DNA of 29,720 nucleotides from Promethearchaeota archaeon. GTDB lineage: Archaea > Asgardarchaeota > Lokiarchaeia > Sigyniarchaeales > SOKP01. Under the pieces are notes generated by a model, which did no database searches, had not been told where the DNA came from, and saw nothing but the letters and a program-made list of their open reading frames with translations. Of the stretch, positions 1 through 9,103 are shown piece by piece; within the stretch, counting starts at the first letter, position 1; the number at the start of each line of letters is the position of its first letter. The position numbers and the translations under genes were made by a program. The stretch spans positions 1 through 29,720 of the forward strand of contig JBHLNT010000039.1 in assembly GCA_048941265.1 (NCBI GenBank). The letters run 5' to 3'.

Positions 1-171
1 AACAGGAATATATTTTTAGATGCTCATCATTATCATATCCATTTGGGTAATTTATTTGAAATATCAACAAAATTTATATTATCTGCCGGCAACACATATG
101 ATATTCAATTTACAACTCCGGCAGAAGGTTATATACATAATCAAAATAATTGTTTTCTTGCATCTCATTGA
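1..171 (+). CDS. 3' end of a hypothetical ORF entering from the left edge
   Basis: Frame 1 is open from base 1 to TGA at 169-171 (NRNIFLDAHHYHIHLGNLFEISTKFILSAGNTYDIQFTTPAEGYIHNQNNCFLASH*). 56 stop-free codons in very AT-rich DNA, converging on the che operon. Confidence 0.45.
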   Translation, partial: NRNIFLDAHHYHIHLGNLFEISTKFILSAGNTYDIQFTTPAEGYIHNQNNCFLASH

Positions 172-249
172 CCATTTTTAGTATTACTGATAATAAATTG
201 GATTTTTATGAGGGAATTTAAAAAAATGTTTTTTCCAAGATTTTATTTT

Positions 250-2160
250 TCAAACATCGTAAAATGTTGAGAGTGTATCTAATAATTCTTGCAAAGTCTC
301 AAGTTCTGGAATAAATAGAAAAGTACCTTGAATCTCAAATTCTTTAATAATTACGTTGGTTGTAATTACTAAAGATAATTCTTTCATTAATCCAATTTCT
401 TCATTTAAAATTTTAAACAATTTCATACCGGTATCTAAACTTATATCCGGTGGTTCGGTCATCAATCTCATATTTAATAGATTCCCTAAAGCTGTAGTAT
501 AATGACTAGCTAATATATGACCAAGTTCTTTCATCGCATCAATATACAGCTCTGGAAAATCTTGAACCGCATTCACTTTTCTCAAATCTATTTTTTCTTT
601 CCCATTATCACCAATTATAATAGATGTTAAACTAGTAATGTCTGGAACTTTAAATAATGTCAAAACTGTTGCTCTTGTCTTTCCTTGAACGCCACTCCAA
701 GAGACAAATAATTTCACATTTTTCTTACTCATTTTTTTAGCAAACTGGTCTATAGAAACGACCTCTACTGAAGGAATGTTGATATCTACACGTTTATTTA
801 TCATTTTTGCTAATGCATTCGCAGCATTGCCTGCTCCAATGTTTCCAACCTCTCTCAAAGCATCTTTCTGAATTTCTGTAAGCTCTAAATCGATGATTTT
901 ATCAAGCACTCCTCCAGGTTTAACATTTTCTATTTTTTCGTAAATATTCAATTTTTTGAAAAGATTTTCAATGGCTTTTAAGTCAGGTATATAGAAAAAG
1001 ATCCCTTTCATTTGTATATCCGTAACTTTTATTGCTGTCTTTATTATTACAACATATTCAGACTGCTCTTGGAGTTCTTTAGCTAAGAAATCACCCAAAT
1101 TGCCCGCATTACTCATCGTAAATTCAGGAACATCAAAAATCATTTTAGTATTTAATAAATCCGCTAAAGCTGAAGCATAGTGTCCTGCGAGAATATTACC
1201 AAATTCTGTGACTGTAGATATAGCAAAATCATCTAGATCTTTTTTAGATTTTACCTTATCAGGATTGATTTTTGACTTTTTACCTGCTAAATCTGCAATT
1301 AATTTCATTAATGGAGTCAACTCAAATACTTGTAGTATTGTAGATAAGGAAGGTTTTCTGATATGAGAAAAGATTCCACATACAATTTCTGAGGAATTTC
1401 CAAATTGAAGCGCTAGTTGTTCTAATGAAATTATGCCAACATCCGTAAGATCAACATCTATTCGTTTATTTATTAATCTTGAAAGAGCTGTGACAGCATT
1501 TCCACTTCCAATGTTCCCTACTTCTTGTAATGTATCTTTTTGCGTTTGAGTAAGTTTCATAGTACCTTGAACAATTGGTTGATAAAATTTATCACCAGTA
1601 GGAATTATAATATCTTCAGTCTTTTTTAAAGCAGGAAATCTTTCTGGAATATAACGTTCTGGTAATTGAGTAAAATCATGAGAGGCTCGCATTAACTGTT
1701 GATCTGGAGCTAAGGGTACAATTAGTGATTCTAAATCTAAAACAACATACGTTTCATGGTCTAAAACTCCTACTGATCTAATATATTTCATATCTATTTC
1801 CGTCTTTATAATAGCCGACTTATTTTGAAAAATTGAAACTGGAACTTCCTTCATACTGACAACTGAATCGACATAAATAGCTAGATTTATATCCTGTAGT
1901 TCTAGTAGTACTAGCCTAGAATCTTTAGTAAGCTTTACATAATCTCCATTTGAATGAAGTCTTTGTCCCAAAGCAATTATTGTATAAATTTTTCCTCTAA
2001 TATCTGCAACTCCCACAATAGATTTTTCTGCTAATGGTATTGGAATGATTAATTCTGGAACATAAATTTCTCTTACATCTTTTATTTCAAGATAATATGT
2101 TCTATCATCTACGTTGATCTCTACTAATTTTATGGTTTGTATATATTCATTTTCGATCAT
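250..2160 (-). CDS. CheW-CheC-CheC fusion (scaffold domain plus tandem CheY-P phosphatase domains)
   Basis: N-terminal ~150 aa is CheW-like (IPIPLAEKSIVGVADIRGKIYTII; IYVDSV; YIRSVG..VVLDLESL). Two CheC units follow, with E-x2-N motifs DTLQEVGNIGSGNA, STVTEFGNILAGHY, DALREVGNIGAGNA and DAMKELGHILASHY. Confidence 0.9.
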   Translation of the reverse strand: MIENEYIQTIKLVEINVDDRTYYLEIKDVREIYVPELIIPIPLAEKSIVGVADIRGKIYTIIALGQRLHSNGDYVKLTKDSRLVLLELQDINLAIYVDSVVSMKEVPVSIFQNKSAIIKTEIDMKYIRSVGVLDHETYVVLDLESLIVPLAPDQQLMRASHDFTQLPERYIPERFPALKKTEDIIIPTGDKFYQPIVQGTMKLTQTQKDTLQEVGNIGSGNAVTALSRLINKRIDVDLTDVGIISLEQLALQFGNSSEIVCGIFSHIRKPSLSTILQVFELTPLMKLIADLAGKKSKINPDKVKSKKDLDDFAISTVTEFGNILAGHYASALADLLNTKMIFDVPEFTMSNAGNLGDFLAKELQEQSEYVVIIKTAIKVTDIQMKGIFFYIPDLKAIENLFKKLNIYEKIENVKPGGVLDKIIDLELTEIQKDALREVGNIGAGNAANALAKMINKRVDINIPSVEVVSIDQFAKKMSKKNVKLFVSWSGVQGKTRATVLTLFKVPDITSLTSIIIGDNGKEKIDLRKVNAVQDFPELYIDAMKELGHILASHYTTALGNLLNMRLMTEPPDISLDTGMKLFKILNEEIGLMKELSLVITTNVIIKEFEIQGTFLFIPELETLQELLDTLSTFYDV

Positions 2161-2184
2161 AATAACTAATTACCTCTTTAATTT

Positions 2185-3021
2185 TCAAATATCATTTTTA
2201 ATCATAATTCCTTTCCATATGAGTTCTTTTTCTGATTCTTCTTTAGAATGTTCAGAAAAAAAATCTGGTTGCCTAAATATTGAAATTTGACCCCCTTCCG
2301 AGAATTCATATACATAATCTAGCAGATCTTCCATACTTGTAAAATTGAAACCTGCTAAACTTAAATCAGTATTATTAACTATAAGTAAATCTTCACTATC
2401 GAATGGGGCATTTTCATCATTAACCTCTAACCATAATTCAGGAATTAGTTCTTTTTTATCAATTGTAATTGTACCGCCTAATGGGATATCGCGGTAAGTC
2501 TTATTAGAAGCGAAAATTACCCTGTCTGGAATAATTTTACTGGACTTAGCAGTTTTTATAATCACTTCTATCGCTTTAGAATATTTCTGAGAATCTAATA
2601 CATCATAGCATAGTATAAAAATGTAACTGTTTCCATCTAATTTAACGATAAGGTCCACCGAATCTTCTATATCTGATGTGAGATTAATCTTTATTTCCTC
2701 TAAGATAATATCTCTTATGTATTTAAGGAATTGGTAAAACCTCCATTTTACAGCCAATTTATCGTTTATCTCGCGACTAATAAAAATCTGATAAAGATTT
2801 TGTAATTCTTTTTCAGATAGTTTAGATAAATCTGCAGTAGTATCGTAATCATTACCTATAGTAACAAGATCATTTGATTTACTAGATTTTGATTTCTTTG
2901 CAATATCTTCTAAAAGAATCTTAAGTTCTCCTATCGTAAATTGGGGTGCGATACTTCCCGCTAAATAAAACAATCTTTTTTTGGATTTATCCTGTAATAA
3001 ATCATAGTATTGTATTGTCAT
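2185..3021 (-). CDS. Hypothetical protein in the che operon, possibly with a degenerate PD-(D/E)xK-like fold
   Basis: 278-aa ORF, 24 and 35 bp from its co-oriented neighbours, no TM segments. The central VDLIVKLDGNSYIFILCYD resembles a nuclease core lacking the ExK motif. Function unknown. Confidence 0.7.
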   Translation of the reverse strand: MTIQYYDLLQDKSKKRLFYLAGSIAPQFTIGELKILLEDIAKKSKSSKSNDLVTIGNDYDTTADLSKLSEKELQNLYQIFISREINDKLAVKWRFYQFLKYIRDIILEEIKINLTSDIEDSVDLIVKLDGNSYIFILCYDVLDSQKYSKAIEVIIKTAKSSKIIPDRVIFASNKTYRDIPLGGTITIDKKELIPELWLEVNDENAPFDSEDLLIVNNTDLSLAGFNFTSMEDLLDYVYEFSEGGQISIFRQPDFFSEHSKEESEKELIWKGIMIKNDI

Positions 3022-3056
3022 TTTTTTTTCTCTTTTTTTTTTTAATTAATAATTTT

Positions 3057-5081
3057 TTATCCAAAGAAATATGATTCTAAGTCTGAATAATTAACCTCTT
3101 TTCCGCTTATATTTTTAAGATAATACATGATTTCTTTTTCTTGATATGCTGGTACATTTTCAATAGAAAAAGAGATTATATATTCGTTTTCTTTATTTAA
3201 TTTCGAAATTTTATTTTTGGTATTAGAAGAAACTAATTCAAATGAATTTGGTATTGTGTCTGTAATTAATACATCCTTAATTTCAACGTTAGAATTATTT
3301 CTTACATTGATGCTTATTGCGAATTCATCTGCATCACGCCCAGGAAATATTTCTTTACCAATTGCCAAATTCCGACGCTTATGTGTAACTTTTATGGTAG
3401 GTTTTTTCATCTCAGATAGAGTATGCTTTACTACATAATATTCATGTAATTCATTTTGTTCCTGATTTTCATATCTCGCATAATAACAGCTAACTTCCAG
3501 CGGAAATTCATATGCCTTATTATAGTCTGGAGTAATGGCCTTAATTGGATAAATTATTTCTAAATATCCATCTATCGCTATTATATCTTGTATACGATTT
3601 TCTTGTAAATTAATTTTTAAATCTAAAGCATGTTCTTTGGATGGATCATCATCTTGAGGAGTAATATTAAGAACAACATCATCCAATTTAATATCTCCTG
3701 ATGATTTTTTAAATTTAAATTGTGATAGAGCCACGCTTGGCTTAAAATCTTCTGGAATTGTCTCATTAATTATTACACCTTTAATAGGAACAATACCAGT
3801 GTTGCGAATAATAATTTTACTAAATAATTCTGATTCTTCAAATGATTTGATTTCTTTTTGAGAAATATCTTTTTCAAAGTAAAACCCAATCACTTCAATA
3901 ACATTATCTTCCATTTTTAAAGTAACATCTGTATTTTTCTCAACAGCATAATCCAATGAATAAACTATCTTTCGTGAAAATTTAGGTTCATTTTCATCAT
4001 GAAGTTCCCATTTATTAGTACCAAATGTATCTCCAGGTCGTAAAATAATATTATTATGTTCTGAAGATAGATCTAAATCTATATATTTCGTGGATTTTGA
4101 TTTATCTGTAATTAAAATATTTTTCAAATACATAGTGAAGTCGCTGTGATTCGCGAATATAAATGAACATTCCCATTGATTTGGTTCAGTTTCTTTTTCT
4201 TCAACATCTATGACATGCTTTGCATGAGAATATGCTGTGAATTCAGCAATATCCGTTCCTGAGACCGTATAGCCTTGTAATTCATAAGTCATATTAAGAA
4301 TCCCTGTCCTAATCCCTTCTTTTTTTTCAGGGAATATTTTAGCAACAATAACTAATTCATTTTTCTCTCCGGGCTTTAGTTCTCTTAAAATCCATGTTAA
4401 TTTATTGTTTTTAATTTTAATATCTATTTGTGAGTCAGCAGAGCAATCTAAATCATAAAAATTCTTAGGGATTTCTTTTTCAGAATGAATATCTTTGATT
4501 ATATAATTCGACACATTATGTAAAGTAATTATAAATTTAACTGTGCTTTCCTGGCCATATAACAAAATATATCGATCGTCTTGATTACTTGAATAAGTTT
4601 CAGTGAAATCCTTAACTATTTTTATCTCTTCATTTAATATTTCTATTTTTTCATTAATTTCAAGAGGATCAGGTAAATTATCGAGATTATTAATATTATA
4701 TTTAATATTTTTATTAGTTTGTGGTTCAAAGATCCCAAGATTCAACTCGTTTTGAACGTCTAAATTGGTATATTCCGAACCTAAGATGTGAATTCGGGTA
4801 TCCCACATTCGATCTTTATATGAGTTATTAATGATAGATACATTACCATAACCATCAGCAGATTTTCTTTTCATATTGCGATCATAATGAAATTCTAAAG
4901 TCTCATTATTCAATATGGTAATTTCAGATATTTTATCTGCTGTTTTTGAAATTTGATCTTTCTCTTTAGTTTCAAATTTCGCTACTTGTTTTATTTCTTC
5001 CATAAATTTTAGTGGTACTCCCAAAAAATTAGTACCAACTTTGGTCCTTAATTCAGTTTGGCTAATACATTTAAATCCCAT
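3057..5081 (-). CDS. Cytoplasmic multi-beta-sandwich protein: adaptin mu/delta-COP homology (MHD)-like N-terminal half plus DUF11/Ig-like domains
   Basis: No signal peptide or TM. Repeated DUF11-like strands (IIIRNTGIVPIKGVIINETIPEDF; INVRNNSNVEIKDVLITDTIPNSFELV). MHD-like segments EITILNNETLEFHYDRN..GNVSI and LTWILRELKPGEKNEL..LNMTYELQGYTVSG. Alternative start at ATG 5003. Confidence 0.6.
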   Translation of the reverse strand: MGFKCISQTELRTKVGTNFLGVPLKFMEEIKQVAKFETKEKDQISKTADKISEITILNNETLEFHYDRNMKRKSADGYGNVSIINNSYKDRMWDTRIHILGSEYTNLDVQNELNLGIFEPQTNKNIKYNINNLDNLPDPLEINEKIEILNEEIKIVKDFTETYSSNQDDRYILLYGQESTVKFIITLHNVSNYIIKDIHSEKEIPKNFYDLDCSADSQIDIKIKNNKLTWILRELKPGEKNELVIVAKIFPEKKEGIRTGILNMTYELQGYTVSGTDIAEFTAYSHAKHVIDVEEKETEPNQWECSFIFANHSDFTMYLKNILITDKSKSTKYIDLDLSSEHNNIILRPGDTFGTNKWELHDENEPKFSRKIVYSLDYAVEKNTDVTLKMEDNVIEVIGFYFEKDISQKEIKSFEESELFSKIIIRNTGIVPIKGVIINETIPEDFKPSVALSQFKFKKSSGDIKLDDVVLNITPQDDDPSKEHALDLKINLQENRIQDIIAIDGYLEIIYPIKAITPDYNKAYEFPLEVSCYYARYENQEQNELHEYYVVKHTLSEMKKPTIKVTHKRRNLAIGKEIFPGRDADEFAISINVRNNSNVEIKDVLITDTIPNSFELVSSNTKNKISKLNKENEYIISFSIENVPAYQEKEIMYYLKNISGKEVNYSDLESYFFG

Positions 5082-5140
5082 GTTTTTTCTGCTCCATTTG
5101 GTTTTTTAGTTATTTTTTATTACATCTTTTTTTGTTAATT

Positions 5141-7249
5141 TTAATAAATATCACTTAATTGTGAGTATTGTAGTTCGTTTAATTTAGAGTTAATGATGTT
5201 AAAAACATCAAGGATTAAACAAATAGATCCATCATTCAAGATCGTTGAACCTGAAATATGATCTGTAATAGAGTATTCTGATTGAAAAGGCTTTACCACC
5301 GCATCAATTTGTTCGAGAATTTCATCAGCAACTAATATTGCTGATGAGTTTTCGTCTTTTTGGCATAAAATGGCTAGTTTTGTATGTGAATTTTTCTTTG
5401 CTTTACCATTACTATTTAATTTTAAAAGCTTATCCAATTGAATTATTGGTAGCATACTATAAAGTGTATCATCCTTAGAGTTGATTTTATAAAATTCTAC
5501 CTCCTCAACATATTCCACTAATTCAGGGCTATAAAAATAGATTTGTTTAATATTTTCTGTAGGAATTGCGAAGATATCACCAGCAATCTTCAATAACTGG
5601 GCTTTGATAATTGCCCTACTAAATGGGACAATAACTGTGAATTTAGTGCCAATGCCTTTTTCCGTAAAAATCTGAAAAGAACCACCTAATTTTTTAACCT
5701 TCTCATCAACTATAGCTAAGCCCATTCCTCGTCCTGAAATCAAATCTGCATCTGAAAGAGTTGAAAAACCCGGCATCAAAAGAAATTTATTTAAAACTTC
5801 ATTTGAAAGAAGTTGCACCTCATTAGGAGTGTAATAACCTTTTTTAACAATATTTTCTCTTATCTTATCATAATTAATCCCTTTTCCATCATCAGAGATT
5901 TCAATATAGATTAAGCCTGCTCTACGATATGTCTTTAGTTTCAGAATACCCGTCTCATTCTTATTTTTGGAAATTCTCTCTTTTGGCGATTCAATTCCAT
6001 GATAAATTGCATTTCTAAGAAGATGAATGAGTGGTGAATTGAGTTCCTCTAAAATTTTTCTGTCCATTTCCACATTTATGCCTTCTAAGATGAATTTTAT
6101 TTTTTTACCAGTTTCTATTGCAACATCACGTACCAATCTTTTATATTTCCTAAAAGTTGATTCTACTCTGACAAGTTTTAAATCAAAAATAATTTCTTGG
6201 ATATCAAGTAGAGATTTATCAATATTATCAAAAAGTATACTTATCTCTTGTTCTTGTCTCTCTTTTAGAATTTGACTAATTTGATTTTTAATTATTATTA
6301 ATTCTCCAAAATAATCCATTAATTTCTCCAGTGTGTCAATATCCACTTTAATTCTTGATATAGTTGTTCTTTCATTTTGAAAATCGTCTACTATCTTAGA
6401 AACGGGTTCAATTTCCCCGTCAATAAATTCCTCCTCATAAGTATCTACTTTTTGACTTTCTATGTTACTGGCTAACGTTTTCTCAGTCTGTTGTTTAATG
6501 CTAAAATTAGTGAGAAGTGGTTCGAATTTCTCACGTGTTAATTCAGTTATAACCTTGTTATCAATTTCAAGAATCTCTTCTAAAATTTGAGAAATTTGTG
6601 CTGAAGTTTTGGGAGTAATAAAGTAGATTTCGAAATCTCTGTCAAAATTTCCTATTTCTAATAATCTAGGCTCGGGATTGCTATAACAGATTTGGCCAAT
6701 TTCATTTAGAGCCCTAAAAATAATAAATAATCTAACTTTTTTAAATACACAGGTAGCTTGTAATCTAATATATATCTTGAAATAGTTATTATTTTTTGCA
6801 CTTAATGTTTGTTTTATTTTATCTTGAGGAATTGGTTTAATAAAGGTAATTTCATATTCATTATCAAAATCTTCGAATGTATCTTTTATTTCTTCTAAAA
6901 ACTTTACGTCAATATCTGTGTTATCGCCCTTTTTTACTTTGGTCACTACTGTTCGAAGAACATCAAGACTTTCAAAAAATATTGAAGTAAAGCTACTAAT
7001 CTTTTCTGGTGAAACCTTGTTATTTTTAGCTTTATTCAAAAAATCTTCTAAAAAATGGCAAAATTTAGAAACATTGTTAAAACCTGCCATAGCAGTCAAT
7101 CCTTTTAAAGTATGGAATGCAAAAAAAAGTTCTTGGATTGGTTTTGTATTGCGAGGATTTTCTTCTAACTTAAGAACTTCATCTTCTACTTTTTGGATAA
7201 GATCTTCGGATTCATTTATAAACAGCTGAATATCTTCTTTAGTTGCCAT
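5141..7249 (-). CDS. cheA: Chemotaxis histidine kinase CheA
   Basis: Hpt domain with FHTLKG, P2 domain, dimerisation segment (IKVDIDTLEKLMDYFGEL), HATPase boxes HLLRNAIYHG / DDGKG / PGFST / SGRGMG, and C-terminal CheW-like P5. Confidence 0.97.
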   Translation of the reverse strand: MATKEDIQLFINESEDLIQKVEDEVLKLEENPRNTKPIQELFFAFHTLKGLTAMAGFNNVSKFCHFLEDFLNKAKNNKVSPEKISSFTSIFFESLDVLRTVVTKVKKGDNTDIDVKFLEEIKDTFEDFDNEYEITFIKPIPQDKIKQTLSAKNNNYFKIYIRLQATCVFKKVRLFIIFRALNEIGQICYSNPEPRLLEIGNFDRDFEIYFITPKTSAQISQILEEILEIDNKVITELTREKFEPLLTNFSIKQQTEKTLASNIESQKVDTYEEEFIDGEIEPVSKIVDDFQNERTTISRIKVDIDTLEKLMDYFGELIIIKNQISQILKERQEQEISILFDNIDKSLLDIQEIIFDLKLVRVESTFRKYKRLVRDVAIETGKKIKFILEGINVEMDRKILEELNSPLIHLLRNAIYHGIESPKERISKNKNETGILKLKTYRRAGLIYIEISDDGKGINYDKIRENIVKKGYYTPNEVQLLSNEVLNKFLLMPGFSTLSDADLISGRGMGLAIVDEKVKKLGGSFQIFTEKGIGTKFTVIVPFSRAIIKAQLLKIAGDIFAIPTENIKQIYFYSPELVEYVEEVEFYKINSKDDTLYSMLPIIQLDKLLKLNSNGKAKKNSHTKLAILCQKDENSSAILVADEILEQIDAVVKPFQSEYSITDHISGSTILNDGSICLILDVFNIINSKLNELQYSQLSDIY

Positions 7250-7282
7250 TTAATCCCCTTTATATCTTTTTTGTTTATAGAA

Positions 7283-7675
7283 TTATTTCTTATCCTTTAA
7301 TTTTAGAATTCGTTCCATAACTTCTATAATTTGTTCAGTTTTGAAAGGCTTTTGAATAAAATCCTTAGCTCCTTTTTTTGCCGCCTCAAGCACTAACGCT
7401 TCCTGGCCTAATGCGGATACTACTACAATTATAGCTTTAGGATCAACTTTTAAAAGTTCTTCAATTGCTTCAATGCCGCCCTTTTCTGGCATTACTAAAT
7501 CCATGGTAACCAAATCTGGCTTTAATTTCTTGTACATAGCGATTGCTTCCTTTCCATTTTTAGCTTCACCAACAACTTCTCCATAATTTGTTTTAGAGAT
7601 GACGTTCTTTAGTATATTACGTGTAAATTGGGCGTCGTCGACAATTAAAATTTTACTTTTATTATTTTTTGACAT
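7283..7675 (-). CDS. cheY: Single-domain response regulator CheY
   Basis: ILIVDD, phospho-acceptor TMDLVMP, VVSALGQ, FIQKPF; adjacent to cheA. Confidence 0.95.
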   Translation of the reverse strand: MSKNNKSKILIVDDAQFTRNILKNVISKTNYGEVVGEAKNGKEAIAMYKKLKPDLVTMDLVMPEKGGIEAIEELLKVDPKAIIVVVSALGQEALVLEAAKKGAKDFIQKPFKTEQIIEVMERILKLKDKK

Positions 7676-7697
7676 TTTTTTAACTCCTTTTTTTATT

Positions 7698-8222
7698 TTA
7701 TTTTGTTATAGTTTGTTGTTTATCCATAATGGTTTGTTCTATTTCGGTTAATATTTTACTCAAATCGAGCAAAATTCTAGGTCTATCTTTAAACTTAATA
7801 ATTCCTTTTATATATTCAATCCCAACACTAGTTTGGAATATTGGACTTAAACCTTCAACTAAATTAGCATCGATATTTACAATATCTAAAATACGATCAA
7901 CTAAAAATCCTGTATTGACATTATTTACACTAACAATAATGATATATTTTTGCTCTGAACTATATTTCTCTTCATTTTTATTAGAATTATGTATTTTATA
8001 TTCGTTCAGATTTAATTTTTTGCTCAAATTTACGATATGTATTATTTCCCCTCTGTAATTATAAATTCCGTCGATAAAATCATAACTTTGAGGCAATTTT
8101 CTAATTTGGCCCGCTATTATTATTTCTTTGGTATCGTATATATTAATCGCAAATTGTTCTCTTTCTGTTTCAAATAAGATAACCGAAAGCTTATCTCCTT
8201 GAGTATAATATCCTTCTTGCAA
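7698..8222 (-). CDS. cheW: Chemotaxis coupling protein CheW
   Basis: IRKLPQSYDFIDGIYNYRGEIIHIVNL, GFLVDRI, YIKGIIK..ILLDL. TTG start preceded by a purine-rich AAAGGGGA SD-like stretch. Confidence 0.93.
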   Translation of the reverse strand: MQEGYYTQGDKLSVILFETEREQFAINIYDTKEIIIAGQIRKLPQSYDFIDGIYNYRGEIIHIVNLSKKLNLNEYKIHNSNKNEEKYSSEQKYIIIVSVNNVNTGFLVDRILDIVNIDANLVEGLSPIFQTSVGIEYIKGIIKFKDRPRILLDLSKILTEIEQTIMDKQQTITK

Positions 8223-8275
8223 AATTTTATCCCCTTTTTTTTTACTTATAATACACTTTTTTTACTTACATTTTC

Positions 8276-9103
8276 TTAAATATTAAAGTATCTATTAATA
8301 TTCTTTTCAAATTTATAAAATGCTGTGATATCTCCATTAAAATTCTCAAGATGGTCTTTATATTCTTCCAAAAATTCATCTGCTATTAGGTACATATATC
8401 TTTTAAGAAGTGGAGTTACTTTTTCAACTAAGAATGCAAATATAATATTTTTTTTAGTTATGGTATAAAATAATTGATTTCCGAAATTGATCTCTTTAAG
8501 TTTTCCACCAGTCTCTTTACCTATAACAAATTGTGAGAAAGAAAAAAGTGCCGAAATAAAACCTCCTATTTGAACCTCTCCATCAATAATATCTGTCCTT
8601 TTTCCCATAATTTTTGTAAAAAGTGGACATCCCGCGGTATCTATAACAAAAATACCAATTATTCCCTCTCCTAATGGTATTTCGATTGAGTTTTTAATAA
8701 TATCCTTAATTTCATTGATAGAATGATTATCACAGCAAAACTTGATAATACTTTTAGAATGTAAATATAATTCAGAATATTGTAAAGGACTTTCTTTTTC
8801 ATAAAGATATATTAAAATTAATTTCTCTAATTCTTTTTTATTCTTGAAAAAATTAAGAAATACTGAAAAATCATCTAGTGGAATAATGGAATTTCCACTA
8901 TCTTTTTTAATAATCTCCATCTTGAAAAGATGTAATATATTTTGTATCATAGGCATTCCAATACCAATTTGGTAAAGCACTTCCGAGCTATAATCTACTG
9001 ACTCAATGTTTTCGAAAGTAATTTTGATTAAGCCAATCCCCAAAACTTCTAACATTCTAGGATTATTAACACTTCTATCCATGCTTATCATCGAGATTAC
9101 CAA
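8276..9103 (-). CDS. Longin-domain protein (C-terminal longin, possible second degenerate longin at the N-terminus)
   Basis: C-terminal ~125 aa: IIGIFVIDTAGCPLFTK, helix IGGFISALFSFSQ, strands LKEINFGNQLFYTITKKNIIFAFLV, helix IADEFLEEY..FNGDITAFYKFE. This matches longin topology as seen in Asgard ESPs. Start codon uncertain (TTG 9103 or a downstream ATG). Confidence 0.75.
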   Translation of the reverse strand: MVISMISMDRSVNNPRMLEVLGIGLIKITFENIESVDYSSEVLYQIGIGMPMIQNILHLFKMEIIKKDSGNSIIPLDDFSVFLNFFKNKKELEKLILIYLYEKESPLQYSELYLHSKSIIKFCCDNHSINEIKDIIKNSIEIPLGEGIIGIFVIDTAGCPLFTKIMGKRTDIIDGEVQIGGFISALFSFSQFVIGKETGGKLKEINFGNQLFYTITKKNIIFAFLVEKVTPLLKRYMYLIADEFLEEYKDHLENFNGDITAFYKFEKNINRYFNI

